Below are positions 1 through 12,133 of a stretch of 64,000 nucleotides of DNA, one piece after another; within the stretch, counting starts at the first letter, position 1, and the number at the start of each line of letters is the position of its first letter. A program made the translations under genes and the position numbers. This DNA comes from Candidatus Uhrbacteria bacterium RIFCSPHIGHO2_01_FULL_63_20 (GTDB lineage Bacteria > Patescibacteriota > Patescibacteriia > UBA9934 > GWF2-40-263), in NCBI GenBank assembly GCA_001791045.1, contig MGDT01000004.1, positions 136,767-200,766 of the forward strand. Direction: 5' to 3'. The notes beneath the pieces were generated by a model. It ran no database searches and was not told the origin of the DNA. It was given only the letters and a program-made list of their open reading frames with translations.

Positions 1-2397
<2,397 letters not shown>

Positions 2398-2839
2398 ACT
2401 GCAAGTTCAGATCAAGGCCGGCTTACACGGCCATTCCCCACTCGGCTTTCCGCAAATCGTTGCAAGTCGATTTCGCGTCCGTCCGTTGGAGACGTCTTAC
2501 AGTGATCGTTTATTCTCTGACCTATTCAATTGTGAAGGGTCGAGTCCCAGTCGCTTTGACCGTCGCCGCACGCGTCGCGTGTGACGTGGCTTCGGACCAG
2601 GCCCCGACGTTCCGATGGTCGGAAGTTCGGGGTCTGTGCCGGAGTCCTCTCGAAAGAAAAACCGCGCTTGGCAGCGCGGGGACACCTTAAAGAAGGTCAC
2701 TCCCCACGAGGCCGATGAAGATTGGTCGGTGAGATGCGCATGGCGGTCTCCAGATCTTCACTTGCTTCTCTCCATCCCTGCGAGATACAGCCGCAATGCC
2801 CGGGACAAAGAAGGAAGTGGATAACTTGTAAGTGTCGGC

Positions 2840-2868
2840 ATAGTAAATGAACGGAAAAACCCTGTCAA
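2840..2868 (-). promoter_or_regulatory. sigma70 promoter driving the stand-alone 23S rRNA
   Basis: TTGACA-17 bp-TACTAT on the minus strand, about 440 bp upstream of the 23S 5' end. Confidence 0.75.
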
Positions 2869-2939
2869 GGAGGGCTGTCCCGAGGGTTTCCACAGTTGCC
2901 AAATGACAGGATGTTCGCTAAGAAGCAGGCGGAGGAACT

Positions 2940-3611
2940 ATGGCATACGATACGTTCTCTGCCCTCATCTGCGGGTACGGGATCCCGAAGTATATCTTCA
3001 AGGATCCCTCCTATCATGCGTACCTGGTCGCTTGCACTAATTGGTTGTTCGAGAACCTTCGCGACGCATCCGGATCCATCGTCCTGGTGGGCGGGGCAAC
3101 GGACATGCGCAGGCCGTACAAGCGGACCGAGGCAGACGAGATGGCCGGTTGGCTTAAGAAGCGGCGCGACGATGTCGAAGGCTGGACCGGAGAATCGCTC
3201 CCTTGGAAAATCGTCTCGCGTCCTGGAGCGCTGTCGACGGTGGAGAACCTGCTGAAGTTTCGTCGGATTACCGATCCTTCAACGGACCAGCTCGTGATCT
3301 TCTGCGAACGCACGCGGCTCAATCGCATCCGCGAACTTACGTTCGCCGTCTTCCCCAAGGCGCGCGAGGTCGTGATCGTGCCAGTGGACTTCGACGGCTC
3401 GCCGAGACGCTACCAGCCGATCAGGAACGCCGAGCAGGAGCAGCAATTCCTCGCGATGGAAAAACGAGCGGCCAGCGACGACAGGGCCATGCGCAAGCTC
3501 CGGGCGATGATGATGGAAAAGCTCGCCCGCATGCGCAAGCTCGGACCGAAGAAGGGCCACGAGCAGCTCCCCCGGATCCTCACCGAGCTTCTGGCGAAAT
3601 ACGGCGATTGA
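2940..3611 (+). CDS. DUF218/YdcF (ElyC/SanA-like) domain protein
   Basis: GG.T...EA..MA..L and ST.EN motifs. Confidence 0.55.
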   Translation: MAYDTFSALICGYGIPKYIFKDPSYHAYLVACTNWLFENLRDASGSIVLVGGATDMRRPYKRTEADEMAGWLKKRRDDVEGWTGESLPWKIVSRPGALSTVENLLKFRRITDPSTDQLVIFCERTRLNRIRELTFAVFPKAREVVIVPVDFDGSPRRYQPIRNAEQEQQFLAMEKRAASDDRAMRKLRAMMMEKLARMRKLGPKKGHEQLPRILTELLAKYGD

Positions 3612-3618
3612 ACGATAC

Positions 3619-3648
3619 GAAAACCCTCGGGACGCGCCGAGGGTTTTC
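3619..3648. terminator. bidirectional intrinsic terminator
   Basis: GAAAACCCTCGG/CCGAGGGTTTTC inverted repeat between convergent genes. Confidence 0.75.
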
Positions 3649-3651
3649 TCA

Positions 3652-4254
3652 TCACGGATTCGCCAGCTCGTCATGCAGCGACTGGCCCGGGGCGTATTCG
3701 AACGGGCGGGATTTGATGTCCTCGATCACCTCGACGAGCACCGGATACTGTTCGCCCATGAAGTGACCGTTCCCGTCCGTCTCCACGAATTTCGCCCGGA
3801 ACGCTTCGGCCAACTTGCGAGCGTGTTCGATGGGGACCATCGTGTCGTCCTTCGAGTGCACGACGACGTATTCGCGCGCCTTCCACATGAGCACGTCGGC
3901 ATCGAGGTCCACGATGAACAATCGCCGCAGTTCGGGCTTGGACACCTTCCACGGCGGAGCCACCATCACCACGGCACGCGGGGTCTCGGTCATCTCCACC
4001 CCTTCGAGATACTGAAGCACCATGAAGGCGCCCAGCGAGTGGCCAACGAGGACGTCTTCGCTCGTGATGAACCCTGCCTGGCCGCGCATCTGTTCCACCA
4101 GTTCCGGGATCTTGAGATCCCCTTCCTCGGACAGCTTCAGGTCCAACCTCGGAGTGACCACCTCGAACCCGCGATCCTTCAATGCAGGAGCGAGCCATGG
4201 GATGAACTGGCCTTCGGGAGAGGAATTGAACCCGTGCACAAGGATGACGCGCAT
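3652..4254 (-). CDS. RBBP9/YdeN-family alpha/beta hydrolase
   Basis: VILVHGF, GHSLG nucleophile elbow, HSKDD, GH catalytic residues; start moved to MRVIL. Confidence 0.85.
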   Translation of the reverse strand: MRVILVHGFNSSPEGQFIPWLAPALKDRGFEVVTPRLDLKLSEEGDLKIPELVEQMRGQAGFITSEDVLVGHSLGAFMVLQYLEGVEMTETPRAVVMVAPPWKVSKPELRRLFIVDLDADVLMWKAREYVVVHSKDDTMVPIEHARKLAEAFRAKFVETDGNGHFMGEQYPVLVEVIEDIKSRPFEYAPGQSLHDELANP

Positions 4255-4305
4255 ATCGGGGTCGAGCGTAGCAAAACGAGCGGATTTACGATAGAGTCGC
4301 GGCAC

Positions 4306-4392
4306 GCCGGGGTGGTGAAACTGGCAGACACGCCAGCCTTAGGAGCTGGTGAACGCAAGTTCATGTGGGTTCGAGTCCCACCCCCGGCACCA
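4306..4392 (+). tRNA. tRNA-Leu(TAG)
   Basis: Cloverleaf with long variable arm, anticodon arm CCAGC-CTTAGGA-GCTGG, encoded CCA. Confidence 0.95.
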
Positions 4393-4562
4393 GCCTTCGT
4401 TCCCGCGGGAGCTTCGGCTGACAGTGCCGTCTATCCACACCACGTCCATTGACGAAACAAAAATTTCGTGGTTGAATGAAGCTACAAGAGGAAACGACCC
4501 GCCACTCGCGGGTCGTTTCTTTTTTGCATGCATCGTCCCGGGACGTCCTTTAACAACATCCT

Positions 4563-6557
4563 ATGAAATACCTGATCCTTGTCGGGCTGCTTGCGGCCGC
4601 GCCGATCCACATGGCGTACGCGCAAGAGGCCCCGCGAGTCATCTTGAGTGAGATCGCCTGGGCAGGGTCGTCGCTTAACGCATCGGACGAATGGATCGAG
4701 CTCGCGAACACGGGCGATGAGCCGGTCGACCTGTCCGGATACGTCCTCGATGGGGCCGCGACCTCTGGCGGGACGCTCGCCTTGCCCGCCGGTGCCGTCA
4801 TCGCCGCCCGCGGGACGTACGTGATCGCGAATTTCGCGACAAGCGACGAACGGTCCGCGCTTCTGGCCGCCGACCATGTCACCTCCGCCGTCTCGCTCTC
4901 CAACACGGCGCTCAAGATCGTGTTGCGCGACGCCGCAGGCGCGGAACTGGATCGCGCGGGCGACGGCAAGGCGCCGAGTGCCGGATCCAGCGCCCCGTTC
5001 ACCAGCATGACGCGACTTGAAGACGGGACCTTCGCCTCTTCCGCCGAGTCCGTCGGGTTCAAAGAAGGGGTCACGGACCTCGGGACGCCTGGGAGCCATC
5101 CGTTCGCGGCCGAGACGGTCGAAGAAGCTCCCGCGACGGTGGAAGAGCCTGCGCCGATACCGGAACCCGTGACGGAGGAGCTTCCGACCGCAGAGCCAGA
5201 GGAAGTTGTCGTCCCAAACGATGGTGCAGGACCTTCTGACACGGATCCTCCGGTCGAAGATCCTTCGGCTGCCGCGCCTCAGGATGACACGAGTGAAGAG
5301 GCGCCGGTTATCGATGAGCAAGCCTCCGCGGCGCCTGATCCTGTCGAGGGCCAGGATGATGCCGTGGCGACCGACGATATCCCTTCGACAAGCTCAGGGA
5401 ATATCGCTTCAGACACCCTTCCCCCTTCCATCTCCTTCCCTCCAGGGACACTCCGTGTCAGCGAGCTGTATCCGGCGCCCGAGAGCGGCGAGGACGAGTG
5501 GGTGGAGATCGACAACCCGTTCAACAACGTCATCCCGCTCGACGGGTGGACGATCTCGGACGCCTCCGGGACGAAGACGGCCCTCCCAGACCAACTCCTT
5601 GGGTTCGGACGATCGGTCGTCATCCGGAATCCGAAAGGCAAACTCAACAATGATGGCGACACCCTCACGCTCCTCGCGCCGGACGGCTCCGCGATCGACG
5701 CCGTGGCGTACGGGAAGGACGGACAGAAGGCCGGACGGTCGTTCATCCGCGTGGAAGACCATCTGGAGCTGACGCTGCATCCGACCCCGGGTGAGACGAA
5801 CGTGCTTGAAACAGCCGTCGCAGCCATTTCGCCGGAACGTTCCGAACCGGTGGCGGCGATGACGGCAACGCCGGTCGCCACCACCACTCCCTCAACCTCC
5901 TCCGTGACCCTTCAACCCATCTCCTATGTCCCTCCCGCTGTCGTCGCTCCCGCGATCACTCAACCCAAGCCTGCCGTGGTCCAGGCGCGGCCTGTCGCCG
6001 TGGCAAAACCGGTCGCCACGAAACCCGCTCCCAAACCCGCTGCCAAGCCGAAGGTCGCTGCCGCCAAGCGGACCGCATCCGCTCGCCGCGTGAACGCCGA
6101 AGACCTCGCCGACCTCAAGCTCAAGACCAAGGTCGTGGCCGAAGGAACGGTCACGGTGCTCCCCGGGACCTCGATGGGCAAACAGCGCATGGCCATCAAG
6201 GATGAGACGGGGGAAATCCCGCTCTACAAAAACGACAGCGCGTTCGGAGAGCTGTCGCTGGGCGACCGCATCCGCGTCGCAGGCACGATCAGCTCCGCAC
6301 AAGGGGAAAAACGGATCAACGTGACGACGGTCACGGTCCTAAAACGCGCCCCCGAGATCGTCCCGATCCCGGCACGGACCGAGGAGGTGGTCCCTCCACC
6401 GACGAAAGACGCCTCGCGTCGCGGCGCAGGCGCCATGCTCGCCTCGTCCCTGGTCGCCGGCCTCGCTCTGTTCGCCCTGCGTCCTCATGCTCAACGCCTT
6501 ATCGCCAGATATGTCTCACGCCACGCTCTCCCTGTCGCTGCTCAAACGCCGGATTGA
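4563..6557 (+). CDS. secreted/membrane-anchored protein with two lamin-tail domains and an OB-fold
   Basis: Signal peptide; ILSEIAW...DEWIEL and RVSELYP...DEWVEI lamin-tail motifs; acidic and Pro/Ala linkers; GDRIRVAG OB-fold; C-terminal TM segment. Confidence 0.8.
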   Translation: MKYLILVGLLAAAPIHMAYAQEAPRVILSEIAWAGSSLNASDEWIELANTGDEPVDLSGYVLDGAATSGGTLALPAGAVIAARGTYVIANFATSDERSALLAADHVTSAVSLSNTALKIVLRDAAGAELDRAGDGKAPSAGSSAPFTSMTRLEDGTFASSAESVGFKEGVTDLGTPGSHPFAAETVEEAPATVEEPAPIPEPVTEELPTAEPEEVVVPNDGAGPSDTDPPVEDPSAAAPQDDTSEEAPVIDEQASAAPDPVEGQDDAVATDDIPSTSSGNIASDTLPPSISFPPGTLRVSELYPAPESGEDEWVEIDNPFNNVIPLDGWTISDASGTKTALPDQLLGFGRSVVIRNPKGKLNNDGDTLTLLAPDGSAIDAVAYGKDGQKAGRSFIRVEDHLELTLHPTPGETNVLETAVAAISPERSEPVAAMTATPVATTTPSTSSVTLQPISYVPPAVVAPAITQPKPAVVQARPVAVAKPVATKPAPKPAAKPKVAAAKRTASARRVNAEDLADLKLKTKVVAEGTVTVLPGTSMGKQRMAIKDETGEIPLYKNDSAFGELSLGDRIRVAGTISSAQGEKRINVTTVTVLKRAPEIVPIPARTEEVVPPPTKDASRRGAGAMLASSLVAGLALFALRPHAQRLIARYVSRHALPVAAQTPD

Positions 6558-6675
6558 GAACAAGGCATTCGCCTATGGCATCTCCTCGACCGTCGGGGTC
6601 CTGCTGGCCGAGTACGTGATCGACCTGTTACGCGCCGCCTCCCATAACCAACCTGTCGATTCCCTATCCGTCTGA
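6511..6675 (+). CDS. small hypothetical protein
   Basis: Short ORF overlapping the upstream stop and abutting the next gene. Confidence 0.35.
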   Translation: MSHATLSLSLLKRRIENKAFAYGISSTVGVLLAEYVIDLLRAASHNQPVDSLSV

Positions 6676-6676
6676 T

Positions 6677-6889
6677 ATGTCCGCCAACGAAAAAGCGACC
6701 TGGTTCATGAGCCTCATCGCGTCCGTCCAGACCCTTGCCGAAGAGCTCGGGCTCGACGACCTGTCCACGCAAAAACTTCGCGAGTTCGTCCTCACCACGG
6801 CCAAAAACGAGTACATGGCCGGCAACCGATCGGGCATCTCCTGGGCGCGCAAGAACCCGACGCGCGGTCCCGTTGCCGCCGCTTCCTGA
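6677..6889 (+). CDS. hypothetical protein (70 aa)
   Basis: ATG ORF with typical codon usage. Confidence 0.6.
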   Translation: MSANEKATWFMSLIASVQTLAEELGLDDLSTQKLREFVLTTAKNEYMAGNRSGISWARKNPTRGPVAAAS

Positions 6890-6908
6890 CCTGCTATAGT
6901 AACCAAGT

Positions 6909-7268
6909 ATGGAGGCGAAGCTTGAAGCACAAATCAACTTCTTGTCCGGCCAGATCAGCGACCTCACGAGCGCCGTGAAAATCGGCTTCGATGGGGTGGA
7001 CCAACGGTTTGACGCCATGGACAAGCGGTTCGAAGCCATGGACCAACGGTTTGACGCCATGGACAAGCGGTTCGAAGCCATGGACCAACGGTTTGACGCC
7101 ATGGACAAGCGGTTCGATCGAATCGAGGGGAGATTGGATCGTGTCGAACTTCGTCTGGACGGGGTGGAGACCCACCTGGACCTGCTTACAGGGGAATTCC
7201 AGGATTTGCGCATGGTGGTGACAACGGATGCCGCCAAACGTAACAAACACCCTCGGCTTAGAAGGTGA
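6909..7268 (+). CDS. small coiled-coil heptad-repeat protein
   Basis: (DQRFDAM/DKRFEAM)n heptads. Confidence 0.75.
   Translation: MEAKLEAQINFLSGQISDLTSAVKIGFDGVDQRFDAMDKRFEAMDQRFDAMDKRFEAMDQRFDAMDKRFDRIEGRLDRVELRLDGVETHLDLLTGEFQDLRMVVTTDAAKRNKHPRLRR
6997..7117 (+). repeat. coding tandem repeat, 42-bp unit (2 x 21 bp), about 2.9 copies
   Basis: GACCAACGGTTTGACGCCATGGACAAGCGGTTCGAAGCCATG repeated exactly. Confidence 0.9.
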
Positions 7269-7343
7269 TAAAAACCGCCCCGGCGCCGGGGCGGTCTTTG
7301 TTTCGTCGGACAACAAAATCCCCTCTCTTGCGAGAGGGGATTT

Positions 7344-7418
7344 TGGAGCGGGAAACGGGGATCGAACCCGCGGCCTTCTCGTTGGCAACGAGACGCTCTA
7401 CCACTGAGCTATTCCCGC
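7344..7418 (-). tRNA. tRNA-Gly(GCC)
   Basis: GCGGGAATAGCTCAGTGG...TTGCCAA...GTTCGATCCCCGTTTCCCGCTCCA. Confidence 0.95.
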
Positions 7419-7497
7419 GAACATTTCTCCTTCTTCTTTTGTGGTCGGGACTGTACACCCATGCGCGCCGCCTGACAAGAGGTATACTGTGCCTGTT

Positions 7498-9243
7498 ATG
7501 GTCAAGCGCGCCGCCACCAACCAGAAAATCGCCGCCATCCTGCGCGAGATCGGGCTGTTCGACGAGGCGTTCGACGTCCCGTACAAGCCGCAGGCGTACG
7601 AAAGCGCGGCCGAGGTGGTCGAAGGGTTGGGCGAGCAGCTCTCTGACCTCTATCAGAAGTGCGGCACCGCATGCATCGACGACCTGCCAGGCATCGGCGA
7701 GAGCATCGCGAAGAAGATCGAGGAGCTGGTGACCACCGGGCGCCTCAAGGCCTACGACCAGCTGAAAAAGAAATACCCGTTCGACCTCGCGGGCATGACC
7801 GCGATCCATGGCCTGGGCCCCAAGAAGGCGATGGCGCTCTACCAGGCGCTCAAGGTGAAGGACCTGAAGGCGCTCGAGAACGCGGCCAAGGCCGGCAAGG
7901 TGCGCCGCGTCCCTGGATTCGGACGAAAGACCGAGGACGCGATCCTCTCCGGGCTCGGATTCCTTCGCGAACACGAAGGCCGCTTCCGCCTCCACGACAT
8001 CCTCCCGGTCGCCGACCGCCTGGTCGGGCAGCTGAAACGCGTCCCGGGGGCGCACGAGGTCGAAGTCACGGGATCCATCCGCCGCATGAAGGAGACGATC
8101 GGCGACATCGACCTCATCATGACCGCGGATGACCCGAAACGGGCGCTCGACGCGTTCACCGCCTACCCCGAAGTGACGCAGGTGCTCATGCGCAGCGACG
8201 ATCGCGCGTCGGTGCGATGCCGCGGCGGCATCCAAGCGGACCTCATCGTGCTCGAGCCCGATCATTTCGCGCTCGTGCTCCATCATTTCACGGGCAACCG
8301 CGAGCACAACATCGAACTGCGCACGCTCGCGCTCAAGCACGACATGACGCTGTCCGAATACGGGCTCCTGAAGGAAGGAAAACCGCTGCCGATCAAGAAG
8401 GAAGAGAATATCTACCAGGCGCTTGGCCTGCCGTGGATCCCGCCGGAAATCCGCGAGGGCCAAGGCGAGATCAACGCCGCGCGCGAAGGACGTCTCCCCG
8501 ACCTCGTGGGCTACGACGACGTGAAGGGAGACCTGCAGGTGCAGACCGATTGGACCGACGGGGCTGCCTCGATCGAGGAAATGGCGAAGGAGGCGAGGAA
8601 GCGCGGGCTCTCCTATATCGCCGTGACCGATCACACCAAGGCGCTCGCGATGACCGGAGGGCTTGATGAGAAGAGGCTCGCGGAACAAGGCAAGGAAATC
8701 GACGCGCTGAACGCCAAGACGAAGGGGTTCCGCATCCTGAAATCGACCGAGTGCGACATCCTGAAGGACGGTCGCTTGGACGTGGACGACGCGGCGCTCA
8801 AGGCGCTCGATCTCGTGTGCGTTTCGGTGCATTCGTTCTTCGCCCTTTCCGAATCCGTTCAGACCGAGCGCATCATCCGCGCGTTCAAGCACCCGCTCGT
8901 AAACGTGTTCTTACACCCGACCGGCCGCATCGTGAACGCGCGCGAGCCGTACGCGCTGGATTTCCCCAGGGTCTTGCGCGCGGCGAAAGAATACGGGGTG
9001 GCGCTCGAGGTGAACGGGTCGCACCGGCTCGACTTGCGTGACGCGCACGTCCGGGAAGCGGTGGGGACGGGCGTGAAGCTGGTCATCGACTCCGATTCCC
9101 ATTCGCCGGCCGAATACGATTTCCTGAAATTCGGGATCGCCCAAGCCCGTCGCGGCTGGGCCACCAAGGCCGACGTGCTGAACACCAAACCGGTCGAGGC
9201 GTTCTTGAAGGCGCTCCATGGGTTGAAAAAGAACAAAAAATGA
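7498..9243 (+). CDS. polX: DNA polymerase X with PHP domain
   Basis: HhH LPGIG, GSIRR, GDIDL, HFTGNREHN; PHP motifs TDH, HPTGR, DSDSH. Confidence 0.93.
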   Translation: MVKRAATNQKIAAILREIGLFDEAFDVPYKPQAYESAAEVVEGLGEQLSDLYQKCGTACIDDLPGIGESIAKKIEELVTTGRLKAYDQLKKKYPFDLAGMTAIHGLGPKKAMALYQALKVKDLKALENAAKAGKVRRVPGFGRKTEDAILSGLGFLREHEGRFRLHDILPVADRLVGQLKRVPGAHEVEVTGSIRRMKETIGDIDLIMTADDPKRALDAFTAYPEVTQVLMRSDDRASVRCRGGIQADLIVLEPDHFALVLHHFTGNREHNIELRTLALKHDMTLSEYGLLKEGKPLPIKKEENIYQALGLPWIPPEIREGQGEINAAREGRLPDLVGYDDVKGDLQVQTDWTDGAASIEEMAKEARKRGLSYIAVTDHTKALAMTGGLDEKRLAEQGKEIDALNAKTKGFRILKSTECDILKDGRLDVDDAALKALDLVCVSVHSFFALSESVQTERIIRAFKHPLVNVFLHPTGRIVNAREPYALDFPRVLRAAKEYGVALEVNGSHRLDLRDAHVREAVGTGVKLVIDSDSHSPAEYDFLKFGIAQARRGWATKADVLNTKPVEAFLKALHGLKKNKK

Positions 9244-9259
9244 GTTAGTGTCGCCGCCT

Positions 9260-9346
9260 GGGCAGGTGGCGAAACTGGCAGACGCAGAGGTCTTAAACAC
9301 CTTTGAGGGAAACCTCGTGTGGGTTCGACTCCCACCCTGCCCACCA
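9260..9346 (+). tRNA. tRNA-Leu(TAA)
   Basis: Cloverleaf with anticodon loop CTTAAAC, long variable arm, encoded CCA. Confidence 0.95.
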
Positions 9347-9546
9347 AAAACCCGTCTCTTGCCAAAGAGACGGGTTTTTGCTATGGTCAACTTGATCCGG
9401 GCAACGAAGCATGCCTGGTGCCGCTGGACCCAACCCCCGACGCGATCCCCCCCCGACGGTCCCCCCACCGTCTCTCGTGTCAGGACCCCTGGGTCCTCTT
9501 TTTATTGCTTGCCCCAGGAAGCCCCTCCATCCATAATGAGGGCGAT

Positions 9547-10581
9547 ATGATCGAACGGGATGTCCAGGACGAAGATGACCGGCTCGTTTCGAGCGCCGAA
9601 CAGGCGCCGGAGCGGGAATTCGAAGTGGGACTCAGGCCGGGGACGCTCGATGATTTCGTGGGCCAGCAAGGGGTGAAGGAAAACCTGCGCGTGCTGCTCG
9701 AAGCCGCCAAAGGACGGAACGAGCCGGTGGAGCACGTGCTCTTGTACGGCAATCCCGGGCTCGGGAAGACCACGCTCGCGCACGTGATCGCGCGCGAGAT
9801 GGGCGGGCAGATCCGCGTGACCAGCGGCCCGGCGCTCGAGCGCGTGGGCGACCTCGCGGCCATCCTCTCGAACCTCGGGCGCGGCGACATCCTGTTCGTG
9901 GACGAGATCCATCGCATGAACAAGACGATCGAGGAGGTGCTCTACCCGGCCATGGAGGACTACGCCCTCGACCTTGTGGTCGGCAAAGGGCCGACCGCTC
10001 GCACGCTGCGCTTGGCGCTCGAAAAATTCACGCTCATCGGCGCCACCACGCGGCTTTCCCTGCTCTCTTCGCCGCTGCGCGACCGCTTCGGCGCCACGTT
10101 CCATCTCAACTTCTACGAACAATCCGACATCGCCACGATCATCGCCCGCAGCGCCAAGCTCCTCGACGTCCCGACGGACGAACCCGCCGTCCGGCTCCTA
10201 AGCGAACGCTCCCGTCGGACACCCCGCGTCGCGAACCGCCTCCTCCGCCGCGTCCGCGACTTCGCCCAAGTTCGCGCGCAAGGCGACATCACGGAGCCGG
10301 TCGCGAAAGATGCGCTCATCATGCTCGACGTCGACGAATTCGGCCTCGACCGCGTGGACCGGTTCATCCTCCAGACCATCGTCGACAAGTTCCAGGGCGG
10401 TCCGGTGGGCCTCTCCACCCTCGCGGCCGCGACCCAGGAGGAAAGCGACACGCTCGAGGAGGTGCACGAGCCGTATCTCATCCAGCTGGGCCTGCTTGAG
10501 CGCACCGCGCGCGGGCGCATGGCCACGGGCGAGGCCTACCGCCACCTGGGCCGGCCCGTGCCGGAGCAACGGGCTTTGTGA
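9547..10581 (+). CDS. ruvB: Holliday junction helicase RuvB
   Basis: LRP..LDDFVGQ, GNPGLGKTT, DEIHR, PLRDRFG, GGPVGL. Confidence 0.97.
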   Translation: MIERDVQDEDDRLVSSAEQAPEREFEVGLRPGTLDDFVGQQGVKENLRVLLEAAKGRNEPVEHVLLYGNPGLGKTTLAHVIAREMGGQIRVTSGPALERVGDLAAILSNLGRGDILFVDEIHRMNKTIEEVLYPAMEDYALDLVVGKGPTARTLRLALEKFTLIGATTRLSLLSSPLRDRFGATFHLNFYEQSDIATIIARSAKLLDVPTDEPAVRLLSERSRRTPRVANRLLRRVRDFAQVRAQGDITEPVAKDALIMLDVDEFGLDRVDRFILQTIVDKFQGGPVGLSTLAAATQEESDTLEEVHEPYLIQLGLLERTARGRMATGEAYRHLGRPVPEQRAL

Positions 10582-10587
10582 AACAAG

Positions 10588-10866
10588 TCAGGACGAACGC
10601 CGGTCAGCCGTCCTATACGCGTCGCTACGGTGACAAATGATGAAAATAAAGACCTGATGGCCCTCGATCCGATAGACGACGCGATAGTCGCCCACGCGAA
10701 GCTTCCAATACCCTTTCAATGACCGGCGCAGCGGGACCCCGAACAGGTCAGGCTGCGTCATGAGTTTCTGCTCGATAGCCCGTCTGATCCGTTCCTTGTC
10801 GCGGCTTCCGAGCGATGGGATGTCCTCTTTCACCACCGCAGGGTGGTAGGAAACGGCGTACGCCAA
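10588..10866 (-). CDS. RelE/ParE-family toxin
   Basis: LKGYWKLRVGDYRVVY...HRSDAY; probable TTG start just after the antitoxin stop. Confidence 0.88.
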   Translation of the reverse strand: MAYAVSYHPAVVKEDIPSLGSRDKERIRRAIEQKLMTQPDLFGVPLRRSLKGYWKLRVGDYRVVYRIEGHQVFIFIICHRSDAYRTADRRSS

Positions 10867-10871
10867 ACTGA

Positions 10872-11093
10872 TCAGGCCCACGCCGCGTCGTGGGCGACGA
10901 ACTTGGCCTTTTTGCCGTCACGTGCCTGCGCCAAAGCGCCGAGCGCCATGTCCTCCTCTATTTCCAATGCGAACCGCACCAAATCGAGCGCTTTGGTGGA
11001 CACGGTCGTCTGATCCCGCTTCGCAAGCCGAGTGAGGACGTTCCCGACGTCGTCAGGCACGGAAAGGCTGATGCGCTGTTTGAGGGTTGGCAT
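10872..11093 (-). CDS. ribbon-helix-helix antitoxin
   Basis: MPTLKQRISLSV...VAHDAAWA directly upstream of the RelE toxin; palindrome AGTGTAACACT at 11104-11114. Confidence 0.8.
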   Translation of the reverse strand: MPTLKQRISLSVPDDVGNVLTRLAKRDQTTVSTKALDLVRFALEIEEDMALGALAQARDGKKAKFVAHDAAWA

Positions 11094-11129
11094 AGATACA
11101 AGGAGTGTAACACTGGTGCGGCACACTGG

Positions 11130-12053
11130 TCAACTCGCCGACATCAAAATGGCACGAGTCAACTCAAACGCATCCGCATGCGCGCACGCTCCCAAGTACG
11201 AGGTGAGATTTTCCTGCTTTCCCAGTCTCAACATCCGTTTTTTCGTCTTCGTCCGCAGAATCGTCGCCTGCGGCAGGAGGACATATCCAAGAAAGTCGAT
11301 TCCTTGCTTCCATGTCCGAACGATGATCTTATTCGGATGAAGTCGGAGTTTCAAATGCTCGCCGAGAAACGCGTCAGCTTGTTCCGCCAATTGGAATGCC
11401 CGTTCTTTCGAGGAAGCAAGCATCACGAAATCATCGCAATAACGGAGGCAGTGGTGAACGCGCAGGCCGTGCTTCACGAACCAATCCAGCTCGTGCAGGT
11501 ATACGTTCGCGAATAGCTGGCTGGTGAGATTACCAAGAGGGATGCCCTTGCCTGGCCGTGTCGAGAAACTACCAATGATTTCCCGAAGCAGGTCCATGAG
11601 GCGCCTGTCATGGATCCGACGCCGGAGCAGGCCGATGAGGATCCCATGTTCCACCGAATCAAAGAACTTCCTCACGTCGCATTTCACGGCATAGACGGTC
11701 TTCCTACCGTTCCGGCTCGCTTGCCGGAGGAACAGGCGCAACCGTCGGACGGCCGCATGCGTCCCCTTCCCGATGCGGCAGGAATAGCTGTCATGGATGA
11801 ACTGCCGCTCGAATGACGGTTCGATGACGTTCACGAGCGCCTGGTGGACGACGCGGTCACGGACGTTTGCCTTGTGAATCGTGCGCTGTTTCGGGTCGAA
11901 AACGACAAAGCGGTGATACGCGCCGTGCCGATAGCGGCCCGCGAGCAGGTCATCGCGCAATGCGAACAGGTTGTCCTCCAGATTCCGCTCGAATACCATG
12001 ACGTCAGGCCGCGACCGCTTCCCTTTCCGGAATTTTTCCCACGCGACGACCAA
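11130..12053 (-). CDS. DGR reverse transcriptase; true start probably upstream (ATG 12127 or 12169) across the G10 tract
   Basis: RDRVVHQA, KCDVRKFFDS, GIPLGNLTSQLFAN (DGR-type GxxxSQ), RYCDDF, GIDFLGY; the frame stays open upstream as ...FDRLCSFENL. Confidence 0.95.
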   Translation of the reverse strand: MVVAWEKFRKGKRSRPDVMVFERNLEDNLFALRDDLLAGRYRHGAYHRFVVFDPKQRTIHKANVRDRVVHQALVNVIEPSFERQFIHDSYSCRIGKGTHAAVRRLRLFLRQASRNGRKTVYAVKCDVRKFFDSVEHGILIGLLRRRIHDRRLMDLLREIIGSFSTRPGKGIPLGNLTSQLFANVYLHELDWFVKHGLRVHHCLRYCDDFVMLASSKERAFQLAEQADAFLGEHLKLRLHPNKIIVRTWKQGIDFLGYVLLPQATILRTKTKKRMLRLGKQENLTSYLGACAHADAFELTRAILMSAS

Positions 12054-12133
12054 ATTCTCGAACGAACATAACCGATCGAAACTATGCGCCCCATAAGCCC
12101 CCCCCCCGACGGAATCCCGAACTCCATCGCGAG

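Noticed and set aside
6997..7117. Possible CRISPR array
   Set aside because: Contiguous in-frame coding repeats with no unique spacers. No CRISPR array or cas gene was seen in the window.
7258..8892. Long antisense ORFs (also 14920-16194, 22375-23793, 32053-33294, 39878-41359, 54136-55719)
   Set aside because: Shadow frames of well-supported genes in high-GC DNA.
11130..12053. RT as group II intron, retron or CRISPR-associated RT
   Set aside because: No maturase/endonuclease extension or cas genes. The GxxxSQ motif, Avd and the TR/VR pair identify a DGR.
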